NCBI GenBank assembly: GCA_951406725.2
Contig: OX597829.1
Coordinates: 34,534,001 to 34,598,000 of the forward strand
DNA length: 64,000 bases
Source of the DNA: Octopus vulgaris
Lineage: Eukaryota
Reading direction: 5' to 3'
The first letter of the stretch is position 1, and every line of letters starts with the position of its first letter. Shown here piece by piece: positions 41,218-55,725 of this stretch. The position numbers and the translations under genes were made by a program. The notes under the pieces were generated by a model. That model was given only the letters and a program-made list of their open reading frames with translations. It made no database searches and was not told the DNA's origin.

Positions 41218-42063
41218 TGAGATGCATTCAAAAAGTATCCAGCTTTATTTTTTTCACTCCCACCAAAACTAATGTTGCATGGGCAAAATCCTTTGGGTGA
41301 GAGGCAACACTATCCTTCCTGCACATGTGAAAATTTTGGTGCCAATAAGCCTAGTCAGTTCCTGGCTGTTATGCCTCGAATACAGAATTGTAGTGCACAC
41401 TTGTTAAATTTTTGTTTTCAATCAAGATGACTGAACACATCGAGTAATGACCATAAACCCATGTGTCTTCACCAGTAATGATGGTTTTCATGAATGCTGG
41501 GTGGTTTGCGCAGTCTAGCATCTCCTGAGTGGTTTCCACTCTTCACATGCACAAATCCTCCATTAAAATGGAATTCGCTGATGCTGTTCTTATTCCCACT
41601 TCATGACCAATTTTCTAGATTGTTACACAATAGGCTTCCATGACTATTGGTCAAACCTTCTCAATTGGCTTATCATCGCAGCTTATGGATGGCCCTGCCT
41701 CCCTCTCCACTGAGGTGCGACCATGTTTGTAGCAGTTGTATCACTCCTTGATCTGAGTTTTGCTCATGGTATTATTGCCAAAGGCCTGCTGAATCTTCTG
41801 GGTGGTTTGAGCTTAAGTACCACCAGGCTTTTGGCAAAACTTGATGCAATATCTCTACTCAATGCATTTGGTGAAACAAATGTGCTCTACACATTTGTAC
41901 TCTAGACGTAACAGCTGGGAACTGACACAGCCTACTAGTGTGAAAACTTTCATGCATGCACAGGAAGGGTGGTGGGTGTCATCTCCCATCCAAAGGATTT
42001 TGCCCACATGGCAGAAGTTTTGGCAGGGAAAAATAGTTGATTTTTTTTTTTAATGCACTTTGT
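41218..42063 (-). mobile_element. Degenerate internally deleted mariner with long TIRs
   Basis: Diverged inverted ends (about 41218-41405 vs 41878-42063). The minus strand gives IITGEDTWV, a TGDExW-like motif, near 41455-41482. Confidence 0.65.
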
Positions 42064-42080
42064 ATGCATGTGTGTGTATA

Positions 42081-43048
42081 CAGGTTATTTCAAAAACTTT
42101 GATATCATTTGAGACATAAATATCACAGACACTACATAGTCAAAGCAAATGAAACTAAACAAACGTAATGTTGTGCAACATAAGATTTATTCCTCCAAAT
42201 TTGAATGAGAAATTCAAAGGTATGTGGATTCCATGAACAATTTCACATTGCTGGTCTCATTTTCCTCAAGAAAAATGGGCCATGAAGATGCTTCTTGGAG
42301 ATGGCGTAGAACACATTCACTTTTGGTGTATCCCTCTCATGCTCAACTGTACATGGAGATTTTTTGCCCCAAATGCAGACATTATGCTTATTGACTTTGC
42401 CATTCATATGAAATGTGGCCTCATCACTGAAATCAAAATGTTCCTTGAACTCAGCTTCTTCAAGTTTCTTTTGCATATCAACACAGAATTGTTTGCGCTT
42501 TCGCTTGTCATCTGCCATTATGGCCTGAATGCGCTGCAGCTTGTAGGGTTTCATTAGCAAGCCTTTCCTCGGGTCTTGCCAAACTGTCGTTGGAAGCATC
42601 TGGGTTTCCAGACTTGTGCCTCTTTTGGACTTCTTGGGGCTTTGCAAAAATTTTTGGCGAACCCGCTCAACCATGTCTTTCAATGTTAGTGGTTTTTCCA
42701 GATCTCTTCAGATATTAGTAGTCGTCCAGGTCTCCTCCGATGTTAGTGGTTGCCCTGCACAGACAGCCTTTCTCTTTGAATCTTTTTGTGCCATGTCCAA
42801 ATTTGCATTGCTGTTGGTGACTTTTTAGAGAACAAATGCATGCAGCACAGTCTTGTTCAACTGTGTTTGAGCATATTCCAACACACAAAATGCTTTTCTT
42901 TTCCAGTGAATGCCATTTCTATACCTGAAAAGGCAAGCATATTAAGCATAAAATTTTGATCTGTTTCTACGCATGCTGTTAACATTTGAACAAGAACTGG
43001 CAATGTTACTAGATTGCAAAATGATATCAAATTTCTTGAAACAACTTG
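42081..43048 (-). mobile_element. Tc1/mariner-superfamily element with TIRs and TA TSD
   Basis: TIR CAGGTTATTTCAAAAACTTTGATATCATTT matches the RC of 43019-43048, with TA on both sides. ORF 42243-42683 has SPKKS, KPYKLQ, FSDEATFHMNGKVNKHN. Confidence 0.85.
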
Positions 43049-43060
43049 TAGATATCTTTT

Positions 43061-45030
43061 ATCTTCTAATATATAAAATGGGGATGTGTGTGTATTTGCT
43101 TTTCACGTGAAAACGGCTTCACCAATTACTTCCATACTTCTGATGCACGAATAATTTGACTTCGGACATATAGTAGGGTCTTCGTTTGATTTAAAAACAA
43201 AAGAAATAAAATATTACTTTATATTTATGATTCACTTCTTTAAAAAGGTTTTCTCAATGTCTACTTCCGGTATTGACGTAAAAACGGCGAGGTCTCTCAC
43301 TCGCTATTTTAATGTTTGCTATTTGTAAACAACTATGATGAATTACCGAAAGAAACATTTACGAAGTTCACAAAATTAGATATTTGGTACAAGATAGTTT
43401 TTAACGTGCTTTTAATTAAAAGATTTTTTTCATTCCTTGTTTGTCTCATTCATTGTTTGCAATGCTCTTTTTCTGTCTCTCTGTGTCTCTCTCTCTCTTT
43501 CTGTCTCTCTCTCTCACACACACACCCTCCAGGTTTGACTTCGTTCCCAACTCGCACACTTAGTTCATTTCCGTAAAAAATTATTTTCTTTTGTACGTCC
43601 TGTTCAGCTTTATGTATTTGTAGTTAGTCGTTGTCATGTATGCGTACATACACAGATACATATGCACACGTCTTTTTTTTCTGTGTGCGTTTGTGTGTGT
43701 GTGTGAGAGAGAGAGAGTGATGTCTAAGTGGCACTCTCACACACATACGCACGCATATGTACAAGAAATATATATGCTTATTTATGTATGTATGCATGAC
43801 AACACACCCCTTCACTCGCTCTCTCTCTCTCACATACACACACACACACATGTCCTATATGTGTGTGTGTGTATGCGTGTGTGCGGCGTTCCACAGTGTG
43901 TGGCGTTCCACAATCGCCAGAAAAAAAATGCGGAGGAATTATTTCTTGATACCCCTAGTGGCACAGGTAAAACGTTTATAACATTGCTTGGTACTTTTTG
44001 GTTATCTCACCCCATAAAAAAATTGCCAATATAAAACTGGGTTATTTGCCCACTAAAAAATTGAGTTTATGTGGCGTCTACAGATTGGATAGAAGAGATT
44101 CTTTTGATTCAATACTTCAACACATTGTTGAGGTTTTGCCTCTTCAATAGGCATGGCACGATTTGTTATAAAAAGGCTATCAGATTCAGTAAGATGTTTA
44201 ATTCTTTCAGTTTTGTATAATTTGTTATAAATATATCAGATTCAATAAGATGTTTCATCTTTACATTTGTTTTTTGAGGGTTAAACAGTTTTTGCAGTTG
44301 AGGGAGATAACCAAATTTTTTAATGAGGGTGCGATAACTAAAAAGTTCCCAATACTTCTCTCCAAGGTAAGGTAACAAATAAGAATTGCAGTTGCTGTAC
44401 CATTGTCTGGCTTTCCTGCCACCATTCTCCCAGGAGGACGAACAGCTCATTCTGCTTTTGAAGTACCACCAGACCTGGTCACAAATGACAGTCGAATTTG
44501 TAACATAAGCAAAGATTTAGGTTCAGCAGAAGTGTTATGCCAATGTCACCTTATCATTTGGGATGAATGCACCATGCCACATAGATGTGCAATGGAAGCT
44601 CTTGGTAAGACCTTGCAGGACAACAAGATCTGATGAAATAAAAGCGTGCATTAAGTCTTCACACCTATAGCAAGGACACAATAGTAAGGATTAACCATGA
44701 ATTAAGGAATAAGATTCCAACAGTCATTAAGAAGTACAAATCAATTGATTCAGACCTTGATGAAAATCAAGTTGTCCATTACCCAATAGAGTTCCTTAAT
44801 TCTCTTGAGCCACCAGGAACTCTTCCACAAACTTTTCCTGAAGGTAGGAGTCCCAATAATGCTTCTGAGAAATTTAGATCCTCCTAAATTATGCAATGGG
44901 ACAAGGTTGATTGAGAATACATTATCGTCTAATGCGATAGAAGCTACCATCATCACTGGATGTGCCTTTGGGGAAGAGGTTTTCATTCCAAGAATTTCTA
45001 ATCAAACCAACAGACATGCCATTTGAGTTC
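43061..45030 (+). mobile_element. Degenerate Helitron with PIF1-like helicase remnants
   Basis: 5' ATCTTCTAATATATAAAATG end; FLDTPSGTGKTF, LPGGRTAHSAF, LIIWDECTM and [24 protein letters not shown] motifs in broken frames. Confidence 0.85.
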
Positions 45031-46250
45031 TAAAGACTGTGTCAGAGAATATTCTTAAGGTGCAAGGAAATTAATATATAAGTGTAGGGAATGTGAGAGA
45101 TGGTTAGATATGGTAGGTGAATACAGTGATTAGTGAAGAAGTATGGAGATGTGGTTGTTTGTAAATATCATGTAAGTAGAGATGAATGTGAGAAACTTAC
45201 AAATTGCATGTGAAGTAGGTGATAAGTAGCGATTCAGAAAGGGTGGAAAGCAGCACTATACCACTAGATGGATGAGGAACAGGAAGATGACGTGTGGAGT
45301 AGGAAAGAGAAATAGTGACAGAGATGAAAGTTAGAGGTATATTGGGATGGGTACAAGGAGAGATGAACAAAAGTGGGAGGAGACATCAATAGCAGATGTG
45401 AGAGAGTGTTGATGATGGAATATGACTGTCATAAGATGTAGCTAAAAGAAAAAAACAGAACTAGTGGCACAGTGTGGGGTCATGAATAGAAAATAAAGTG
45501 GAAAGGAATGATAATGAGAATGAAGGATGGATTACAAGAGGAAGTGGTTCTAAGGAAAGGGATAACTGGAATACAAAAGGGGATAAATATGAGCAGTTCT
45601 GCTCTCATATAATCACACGAGTGATGTAGGAATGGGTGTTAGGAAGATGAAAGCTGCAGGAAAGCTATATGTATGCACATATATCTGTATATGTATATAC
45701 ATGTGTGTGTATTTACATATTTGTGTGTAATAGAAATTTTTAATTGGTCTTTATTTAGCTTTTGACAAAGACTCTTAATTGTTGTATGCTTTTTAAAAAG
45801 AAACTTTTTGAAATCAAATTGTAAGATGTAGATTAAAACAATGTTTTATTCTTTGCGTTGTTTTAGACTTTCTACTCTGTTTCTATAATATGCAATATGT
45901 CAATACATACACGTGTATATGTGTATGTATGTATATATATATATATATATATATATACATACATACACACACACACACCTCCACACAATGCTGCCTTTTA
46001 ATGTTCAAAATATATATATATTTATAATTTTGTAACTGTTATTTATCTTTTACTTTCCTTTGTCATTCTTCACAACACATTCTTTCACAACTCAAATATG
46101 ATCACCTTATATCACTCAAAACACAATGCACACATTCCCTCATGGCTATACAATCATTCTACACACACCCCATTACAAAATTCCACAACAAATCATTCCA
46201 TCATGTTTTCTATCAATGTTTAAAATTTCCTATACCCTTCTCTTAAACAG

Positions 46251-46383
46251 CCGGCTATTGATGCCCAGTTACCCCAGCTACGCAATCTACACCTGAATGG
46301 ACATGTTGGCTTTGACAGTCTCCCTGATCAACTGGTGAAAGAATCCGTTGCTCAAGGATTTTGTTTCAATATCTTGTGTCTGG
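46251..46383 (+). CDS. Septin exon 2
   Basis: [44 protein letters not shown](G); [13 protein letters not shown] is the SEPT6-group signature. ag/gt boundaries. Confidence 0.95.
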
Positions 46384-47226
46384 GTATGTACTTGTTTCCT
46401 TTATTTTGTGTGTGTGTGTGTGTATATAACATTCTAGGCTCAATAATATTGTGTCCCATCTTCAGTAAGTATTTTTTTATCTTAGCTTCAAATCTACCCA
46501 GTTCTGCTGTCTGTTGAGTTAAATTGGGCAGAAAGAAACTGCTTGGAAGCTTAACAGCCTGTTTTGTTACACATTGTATCAGGCTAATTCTCTAAGAATC
46601 ATTAGCATACTGAACAAAATGCTTGGTGGTATTTGCTTGTCACTCCGTTCTGTGTTCAGATTCCACCAGGAGACTTCACCTTTCATCCTTTCAGGGTCGA
46701 TAAAATAAGTACCAGTTTGGCACTGGGGTCGATGTAATCGACTCATCTCCTCCACCAAAATGTGGAAAAATTTGAAATCATCATTATTATTATTATTAAA
46801 CTTTACCTTTCATCCTTTTAGGGTTGATAAATTAAGTTCTTATGAAATACTGGGGTCGATATAATTGATTTACCCCCTCTCCACAAATTTTGGACCTTGT
46901 CCGATAGTGGAAAGGATTACTATTATTATATATATATGTGCACACAGACAGACAGACGTATGTGATGGTTTATTGAGTGGAATTAGAGGTGCGTCATGGT
47001 AATTGTCAGTTTTGATTACATCTCTAACAGCTATACTTTTTAAAGTGTTATTCCCTGCATGGATTCTGTTCAGTGGCTTAAAACTAGTAAAGAGTGGGGT
47101 GTGTGTGTTTGTAGGTTTTACTTATATGTGTGTGTAGTGATTTATATATTCATTTATTCATCTAATAAATGTGTTTCTAGATGTAATATGTATATATATC
47201 ATTTTATTTTATTTTTTGTTTTACAG

Positions 47227-47340
47227 GTGAAACAGGAATTGGGAAGTCTACCCTGATGGACACCTTGTTCAACACAAGTTTTGACTCTACTCAAAGCACA
47301 CATGACCTTCCTGGAGTCAAGCTGAAGTCTAATACCTATG
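47227..47340 (+). CDS. Septin exon 3 (P-loop)
   Basis: [38 protein letters not shown]; G1 motif present and the catalytic switch I Thr is absent, as in the SEPT6 group. Confidence 0.95.
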
Positions 47341-48643
47341 GTGTGTATTATTGAACATGTGAATTGTGTGTGTATATAATCACACACACACATATATATT
47401 ATATAAACAGATTTCCTATATATAATAATTGGATATGCATTGAACAAAATGCCTTGAATATTTAGTTATAGCATCTTACATACTGAGTTTGAATACCTTT
47501 GCATTTGATTTTGCTTTCCATTCTTCCAACATTGATAAATAAATGGCTAGTGTATACTGAGATCATTATAACCAAAAATTCTTTCTAACTTTTGTGATTT
47601 TCTAGAATGCAATTTAAAAATGAGTTTTAAACAAAATATAAAATCATTTAAATTTTGTTTAAACATCTGCATAGAAAATAAGTTAGCTAATATTCAATGG
47701 TATACAACAAAATTTTAATATTGAAGAATCGCGCATATAACTGAAATTTATCTCAAGAAATCTAGAATATTAAATAAGCCATCAACTGAATGAATTAAAT
47801 TCATATTCATACATTAATAATACACAGAAACTTTTAAAAAAATGATTCATAATACAAATTAATTAAAATTTGTCATACACCTAGCAGGTAAATAAAAACA
47901 AGGTAAATTTGAAAAAAGCATTATAAATCAAATTACACACACAAACACACACACACAATATTCCTTAAAATACTTGGATTTTTTTCTTTCTTGTTTATGT
48001 TCTGCATAATTCATTTCTGCAGTAATTGCTTCAGACAAAAAGGAAAAAATAAAATATATAATCTAATGGTTTTGTTTACTTGGAAGGACTGTAACTAGAT
48101 TTAGTCTCTTTCTAAAAGTAACTAAGAAAAACAGTTTTCAGATTCATTCTACAATCAGGTACAAATTCATTTGTTTTGTTTATTTTTTTATTGCTACCAG
48201 AATTGTTCTCAGAATCATTTCACTTTCAGAAACTGAAATATCTGATTCAAAATCACACAAGTAGTTTTGTATGTTCTTCATACATTTTGCTAGAAAATCA
48301 AAATGCAGAAAAATCTGGAAAAAAATTTCCCAAAATTTGCAGAGCTCAGATATTACTTAAACTCAATTGTGAAATCATGTGTTTTCACATATGTTTTAAT
48401 GAGATTTGCACTGAAATTCTTATTTAAATATGAATTGGTCACTTAAGGTGGTTTGGTAATGTGGGACAAGATTTTCATGCAGTTTCAGGTGGGTTGGTAA
48501 CAAAAGGGTTGAATTTATTTTTTAGAATCTTAATTTTTTTCATTTTAGAAATTGTAATTCCTTCTCTATATTCTTAACTTCATTATATTGCTTATTTGTT
48601 AATCTGGTTATAAGCTTCATTGCTATGTGTTCTTCATTTTCAG

Positions 48644-48725
48644 AACTTCAGGAGAGCAACGTGAGACTGAAGCTGACTGTTGTGGACACAGTTGGGTTTG
48701 GGGACCAAATCAATAAGGAAGACAG
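48644..48725 (+). CDS. Septin exon 4
   Basis: [27 protein letters not shown] (G3 DTVG); cag/gtgag boundaries. Confidence 0.95.
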
Positions 48726-50352
48726 GTGAGTTGCAATCCCCTTTGATAAATCTGCTCAGTCAGGGTTGATTTGGGGCTAAGCAGTTCTACAAAACACTGT
48801 CTAGCAAACCACTAAGCCTATGTGGTATATAACAACACATTATGAATTTAGATTTTCTCTAATCATATAGCATGAAAATCTTATTCTCTCTTTCTAGCCT
48901 ATTCCTACACAACCTTCACACATACACCACAATAGAATATACACATCTTCCATACTTTTTCTGGAGACAGCTGCAAAACTACTCCAACTTACATCAGTCA
49001 CATAGAAACATGGCTCCACAACTGTAGGCTTAAAATGGCAGCTACCAAATCTTTTGAAACACTAGCTGTATCTACTACAGCAAACTATCAGACATAACAT
49101 ATCGTGCACACAAGATACAAATACTAATACTTTATATAATATTGACAATATTGTAAAGAAAACAAAACACAACCATCCTTGGAGCACCCACAGTCATCAC
49201 ATTTGATTAACAGAAAGCAACAACACTTGTTTACAAATAATACATAAAAAAAAATGCACCTCATGTCAACAGTTACTGCTTACAAACTTCACTTACATAA
49301 CATGGCAAAATGAAAATGAAAGTTCAGCTGGTCATGTCAGGTGTACAGTTTATTACCCAACAAATTAAACCCTTACACTCTCTGCATACTGTCCAAAATC
49401 ACCACTCTAAAATCACTATCAATCTTCTGTAGCTCAGACAAACAAAACAAAAAGCCCTTGCATACAAAAATTGTATCAGTATCACTGCTGTCATCTGTCT
49501 AACACATTAACTAGATGTACACCATCTTTAATGTGTAGAACAGCTAGTATCATGCTTTGATCACATTCACTTGGCTACTGCAGCCATCATCAAAATCTAT
49601 ATGCATATGGAAATAAACTAAACAGCAGAAAAAATATATTTCTGCATCATATATAGTAAACCACTATCAGAATTTCCAATATTATCCTCAATAGATGTAG
49701 GTACTCTATATCTAGAGCAATAGCTATATCATGACTATTATGTGTATTTTGTTGTGATATGTGAAGGTTATATATGTATTGGTTAGAAAGAGAAAATGAG
49801 ATTCTCATGGTACTCAATTTGAGAAAATCTACATAGACTTGGCGATTTGCTACAGTTACTAGTGAATTGTCTACGTGCCATGTGTCAGCTCTCTCAGAAC
49901 TAATTTGGGCCACTGCTTCATTAACTTCCATTCCATTTCTTTAAAATCCATTTCACTCCTTTAAATTCCGCTGTTCACATTCTTATCTTCCATACTCTTT
50001 CTTTCTCTTTGATTAACATTTTATTACTTAAATTGAGATTATTATTTTAAAGTATTAGTAAAGCATAACTATGTGGTTGAAAAGTTCACTTCCCAACTCT
50101 GGTTTTAGGTTCAGTTCCACTTGATGGGTTGATCAGTGCCTTGTGAACTGATTTGCTAGGCAGAAACTGAAAGAAACCTGTCATGTGTTCACCTAATTGT
50201 ATCTACCTTTGTCTTGTGTGTCTCCATTTAAAGTTACAACTCTCTTTTTCTAACATGCACTCAATCTATCCTCTTTCGCTGCTATTTGATTATAATTATT
50301 ATCACTTAAGCTTTTAACTTCTGCTTTTCCTTCTTCTCTCTCTTACTTTTAG

Positions 50353-50493
50353 CTGGAAACCAATTGTTGACTATACTGATGCCCAGTTTGAGTCATATCT
50401 CCAAGAGGAGCTGAAAATCAAGCGTTCACTTGATACTTACCATGACTCAAGGATTCACCTCTGCCTCTACTTCATTGCCCCAACTGGGCATTC
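50353..50493 (+). CDS. Septin exon 5
   Basis: [47 protein letters not shown]. Confidence 0.95.
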
Positions 50494-51106
50494 GTAAGTT
50501 TTGATAGTTTGTTATAAATGTGGTTATATGGGTTTATAAATATGCATTATATATATATATCTGAAGTTAGTGCAGATATATATGTGTGTGGGTGGTGTAT
50601 GTGCGCACGCATGCGTGCATGCATGTGTTTGGGCACAAGCAAAGCCAGGTGTGAAGAAGCATGCCTCACAATTATGAGGTCCCTGGTTTGATCAATTCAG
50701 TGTGGGATTTTTGGCAAGTCTCTTCTATAATCTTGGTCTGACTAGAGCTGTGTGGGTGGATTTGGTAGGTAGAAACTGAGAAACTGATAGCCTGTTGTGC
50801 ATGTCTCTTAGTCTTGACATCATGTGATGTATCTAATCTGTAATACTCCTACAAATGATGGTGTTCATTTCCAGTTCTGTGGAAAACCTGCCTTGCTCAG
50901 AAATAGATAAGGTTTGTTAACAGGAAGAATATCAAATGTGTCCCATCAAATTCTGTCTGACCCATGCTATCATGGTGAAGTGGACATTAAAAGGATGATG
51001 ATGATATACATCTTTGTGTGTGTGCATATCTTTCTGTATAACTAATGCATCAGTAATTTTTGAACAAACTACTAAAATAAATCTTATATATTTTTTTTGT
51101 CTTTAG

Positions 51107-51224
51107 ACTTAAAGCTTTGGATCTTGTCACTATGAAACAACTGGATAACAAGGTGAACATAATTCCTGTCATAGCAAAGGCTGATACAATTACCAAGGTT
51201 GAGCTTCATAAATTCAAATCCAAG
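51107..51224 (+). CDS. Septin exon 6
   Basis: [39 protein letters not shown] (G4 AKAD). Confidence 0.95.
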
Positions 51225-51774
51225 GTAGGATTCTCTGCCACTACCATCTTTTTTTTTGGGGGGAGGGGGATTTTTGATTTTTGTTCTATTTGTGTATATA
51301 TGAGCTTGTATAAGTGTGAACACATGAAATCATTTAGTTCTCATTTTAACTATTTAATAACAACTTGACTCAGCTCTACAATACTTAAAATTTTGTATAT
51401 GCAGTATATGTTTACATCTTGAAATTTACTAAGACAATGAAAATAATTCATAAAATATTTTATAGAGGCTTCATTGTTGTCAATGAATGCTTTAGAGGTT
51501 AAGTTGTTATTTATGTATATGTAATGGGTTGGGTGTATATAAAATACATATGTGGATGTTATAAACTTCTCAGAAAATGTGAAGTAATCCTTGTTTAGGA
51601 ATTCTAGTTCTTGAAGTTCATGACTTAAAGCTATAAAGAATAGTATGTAAATATTGTGTTGCAAAATTTACACAAACATAAATATATACGTATATTTATG
51701 TGTGTATGTTTATATACACACACACACACACACACACATGAATTGACACTCAATCATACTCCCAATATTTTCAG

Positions 51775-51864
51775 ATCATGACTGAACTGCGTAACAACGG
51801 GGTTCAGATTTACCAGTTTCCAGTAGATGATGAAACTGTGAAGGAAATGAATGCTGCCATGAAT
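51775..51864 (+). CDS. Septin exon 7
   Basis: [30 protein letters not shown]; cag/gtaagt boundaries. Confidence 0.94.
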
Positions 51865-52062
51865 GTAAGTACTATTTTGGATTTCATTGCTGCATTAGCA
51901 GTGATTTGTACAATTATTTGTTCAGTTTAAAATTCCACTACATGAAAGAATTCAATTTATTTTGCCCTGTGTTTTCTAAGTGTTTTTCTAAATATATTTT
52001 CTCATTGTTCAGTAATATTTTTTTTTATTCGTCTTTCAAAATGAACATTTTGCTAAGCAATT

Positions 52063-52105
<43 letters not shown>

Positions 52106-53249
52106 TTACATGTGTGTGCAGATATGTGTGTAAGTAAATCTACATATTTCAATATTGAGACTGCAATACATGTAGTGATAAAGAAATGACATAAGAGTTA
52201 TGATGAATTGTCTGGTCTTTACCCATCACAATTTTAGCTGTTCTGAATATCATGTCAGCATCTCAAAACACTCAGATGTTTCTAGTTTTTACTAACACTC
52301 TCGTAAATATAGAGGTAATGAGGTTATCAACACTTTAGCATCATGCAAAAAAATTGGCAATTAGCAAAACAATATACCTCAAGATGCTGTCAGTGTTTGC
52401 TCCTGGGATTCATTGATGGACTTAGCAAAGCTTAGTTGTTCTGGAGTCTGAAGTCTTCTAAATGAATAGGATATATCTGTTGGCATGAGTGGAATTTGAG
52501 GTATAGTTACATCCTCCCCTTTGGTGCACCTAGTGAGAATGCAAATTATACGGCAGTGTTATTTGTGACTTTTTGGAGCTGATGTCTGTATGGTGGTTGT
52601 TCCAAATGTACCAATGAATTTCAAAATTCTGCAGATTAGTAAACTGTTTCTTCCTAATCAAATTAATTGATACTGTTGTGTCTCTTGATCGATTTAAAAA
52701 TCTGCCTTTTTCGCAAGGGGAAAGGATAAAAAAAAAGTTATTAAAATTCAGTGAAATTAAACACCATAAACATACAAGTATAATTCACATGTGTAAAAAC
52801 TACACCCACAGATTCACAGATATGAATTATCATCATCATAATAATTATTTAATGTTTGTTTGCCAAGAAGCTGGCACATGTTGGCTGGTTTGACAAATTG
52901 GAAGACTGCATTGTGCTTCAGTGTTTGCTTCAGCATGTGTTCTATGGTTTGATGACTTTCCTGATGCCAACCACTTTACAATGTTATTTGTTTGTTTGGT
53001 TTTAAGTGGTGCTGGCACTACTGAAATAACCTTGCAATCTACAAGGAAAGAGATGAAAATACTAAGAAATGGAGGGTAAAGGCATTATGGGAAAGTAATA
53101 CAGTAGATCCATTGGTAAAGACAAGTGTGTGACACGATCTAAAGTTATTTTAAGAAAATATGTACAAAATCATTTGGTAGATTATTTAAAGAACTGATCT
53201 TTTTTTTTCATACCCCTTTGTAGGGTATGAAATTGACTCCAATAAAAAA

Positions 53250-53960
53250 TTAACAAGTGAATGTTATGATGTCTGATTTTTTTTAATGTGCAAAGTGGCA
53301 ATTTTTTCTCTTAACCATTGATGTAGGTAGGAGCAGATTCAATAATGAACCAATCAATATTGACAGTTTGTTTAAAATTTCAGATGCATTTATTGAGTGT
53401 TGATATGGTTCTTTTATTGTTTTATCTAAACATATGTGCTAAGTATATGGATTTACAACTATTCTCAATGACACCTATGTAGCACTTTGAGTTGTTGTTA
53501 TTGGTGGTGACCTTAGTGCAGTATACAACACTCTTCTGAAAGTATTTGATATTTAGGAAGCATATATTTCTTTGGCAGCTATTGTATTGAGGAAATGAAA
53601 CATGTAGACAGGACCAGTTTCTTCTTGTCAATCCTGATTAATGAAGAAGCATAACTTACTGTAAAGTTATTTTTATTAAAACTTTTATGGAATTTATGCT
53701 AAATATATTGCTATGAGTGCTTATTGGAGAATGTAATTGACCCTACCTATAAAAGTGTTTTTCCTTAGTCTTATTGTAAAATTCAGTTATACAGTTGTTT
53801 CTTTATTGGAAAATATTCTGAAAATATTCTTGCTAATATTTCTAGATAATTTTTCAGAATGAGAGGGGAATGATTCAAGTTTCATTCAGCTTTCTGTAAT
53901 AGTTGAAATCACCTGAAGCTTGATTAAATATAATACTAAAAAGCTGACTATTACAATAAT
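53250..53960 (-). mobile_element. Highly decayed Penelope-like element (RT thumb/linker plus GIY-YIG endonuclease)
   Basis: Minus-strand remnants HKSFNKNNFTVSY, KSVVYCTKVT...KCYIGVIENSCKSIYLAH and IDWFIIESAPTY...C, in the order typical of PLE C-termini. Confidence 0.7.
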
Positions 53961-54301
53961 CTTAAACTCAAAACTTTCTGAAAGTGTTTTGTTAATATTG
54001 TAATTTTTGTTATACTTATTATTAACATCTCATTTTCAACACCTTCATGTCAGTTTCCACTGTACCACCTAGTGCACCTTTGGATGCCCAAGGAGTGTGC
54101 AGCATTGTTTTTAGAACCTGGAGAATTGCATTTATATGCTATATCCATTTTTTTGGGGGTTTTTTTCTAGTGTTGTGTTTTGTCTGAAGGTTGTGCAGAA
54201 TGTGCATTGTGAGTTCTGTTATATTCATGGGTACTAATTTTTTCACGTGTGTTGTTATTATTATTAGTATTATTAATATTGTACTATACAACTCATTACA
54301 G

Positions 54302-54398
54302 GGTCATCTGCCTTTTGCTGTTGTCGGTAGTAATGATGAAGTCAAGGTTGGCAACAAGATGGTGAAGGCCAGGCAATATCCCTGGGGTACTGTCCAAG
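54302..54398 (+). CDS. Septin exon 8
   Basis: [32 protein letters not shown] (septin unique element). Confidence 0.95.
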
Positions 54399-55632
54399 GT
54401 AAGTGTGCATCTATGCATCAGTGTCTGTGAATATACATGAATGTGTATGTGTATGTGCACACAAATATATAATAGATAACAAACTCAAAAGAATGTTATC
54501 AGGTCACTTAGAATAAAGAACTCAGTTAGAAATCTGTGTCAAAAGTTTAAATCATAACCGAGTTCAACTTGTGTGTGTGTATGCCATGCATGTGTATGTG
54601 TATCTGTACATATATGCAGATCAGCCTGATAATCGGTTTTTTTCCTTGCTTGCATGAGTCAGATGGAGTTATTTGGTTAGATTTTATACAGCTGGATGCC
54701 CTCCCTCTTGCCAACTCTCACCTGTTTCCAAGTAAGGTAATATTTCCCCATGACCAGACATGTTCTTAAAGAAAATTGGAAATGAATGACACTACTTGTA
54801 TGACAGTGACACTATCGCATGATGTCAAGTCAAAGTAGTGCAATCATACTTATGTGCACATCAGGCTTCTTTCAGTTTCTGTCTACCACAAGACTTTGGT
54901 AAGCCCAGAGCTGTAGTTGAATATACTTGCCCAAGGTGCCATGCAGTGGGACTGAACTCAAAATAATGACTAGGAAGCACCCTTCTTAACCACACAGCCA
55001 CGCCTGCACATATATATTTGTATTTATGCTTATATGTGCACACATATATATTTACAAATATGTGTGTGTTTGTGTGTATTAGTCACTTGCTAAAGAGGGT
55101 TGTTTTCATTGGCCAATCTACAGGATGAAAAGACAAAAGTTTGTTATGAGTCAGATGAACTCAGAAGAGTCCCTAGCTATCCAACAACTGAGGGGAAACC
55201 CCTAGTCTTTGTTTAGCCCTCTCTCTTGAAGAAAATCTTTGTAACACCTGTGATTTTGTTTGCATCCAGTGATGTAATCTACTTCATTTTGGGAAAATGC
55301 ATGCGTTGTTTAGAAGGCTTTTCCCTATGTAAGGCCATTCCACACTTTAAAAACCTTCAGGCATAGTCATTGCTTGATTTTAAAAATCTGTTTTGTATTG
55401 CATTCTATGGGTGCAGTAGGCCAAAAACAAAGGCAAAATACTCAATGAAAATTCCATGATGGAAAGAAGGCTTGTGTCAGAACTTCTGCTGTAAGTGGTA
55501 CCCATCATTACCACATCTGTAATTGTGTAGGTCACTAGCAGACTGAAAAGCCACATCTTTGTTGCTTTAAGAGAATAATCAAGCAGTGGTTAGCTCCAAG
55601 TCAAATTGCAGTGTGTGTATGTATGTACGTAC

Positions 55633-55666
<34 letters not shown>

Positions 55667-55687
55667 CAAACCGTTCAATCCATGCCA

Positions 55688-55725
<38 letters not shown>

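Noticed and set aside
49640-49930. 94-aa minus-strand ORF in a septin intron
   Set aside because: No recognisable motif or splice context; probably chance or an old transposon remnant.
50372-50380. Septin VDYTD where homologues usually have VDYID, considered as an RNA editing site
   Set aside because: Restoring Ile needs C-to-U, not A-to-I; most likely an ordinary substitution.
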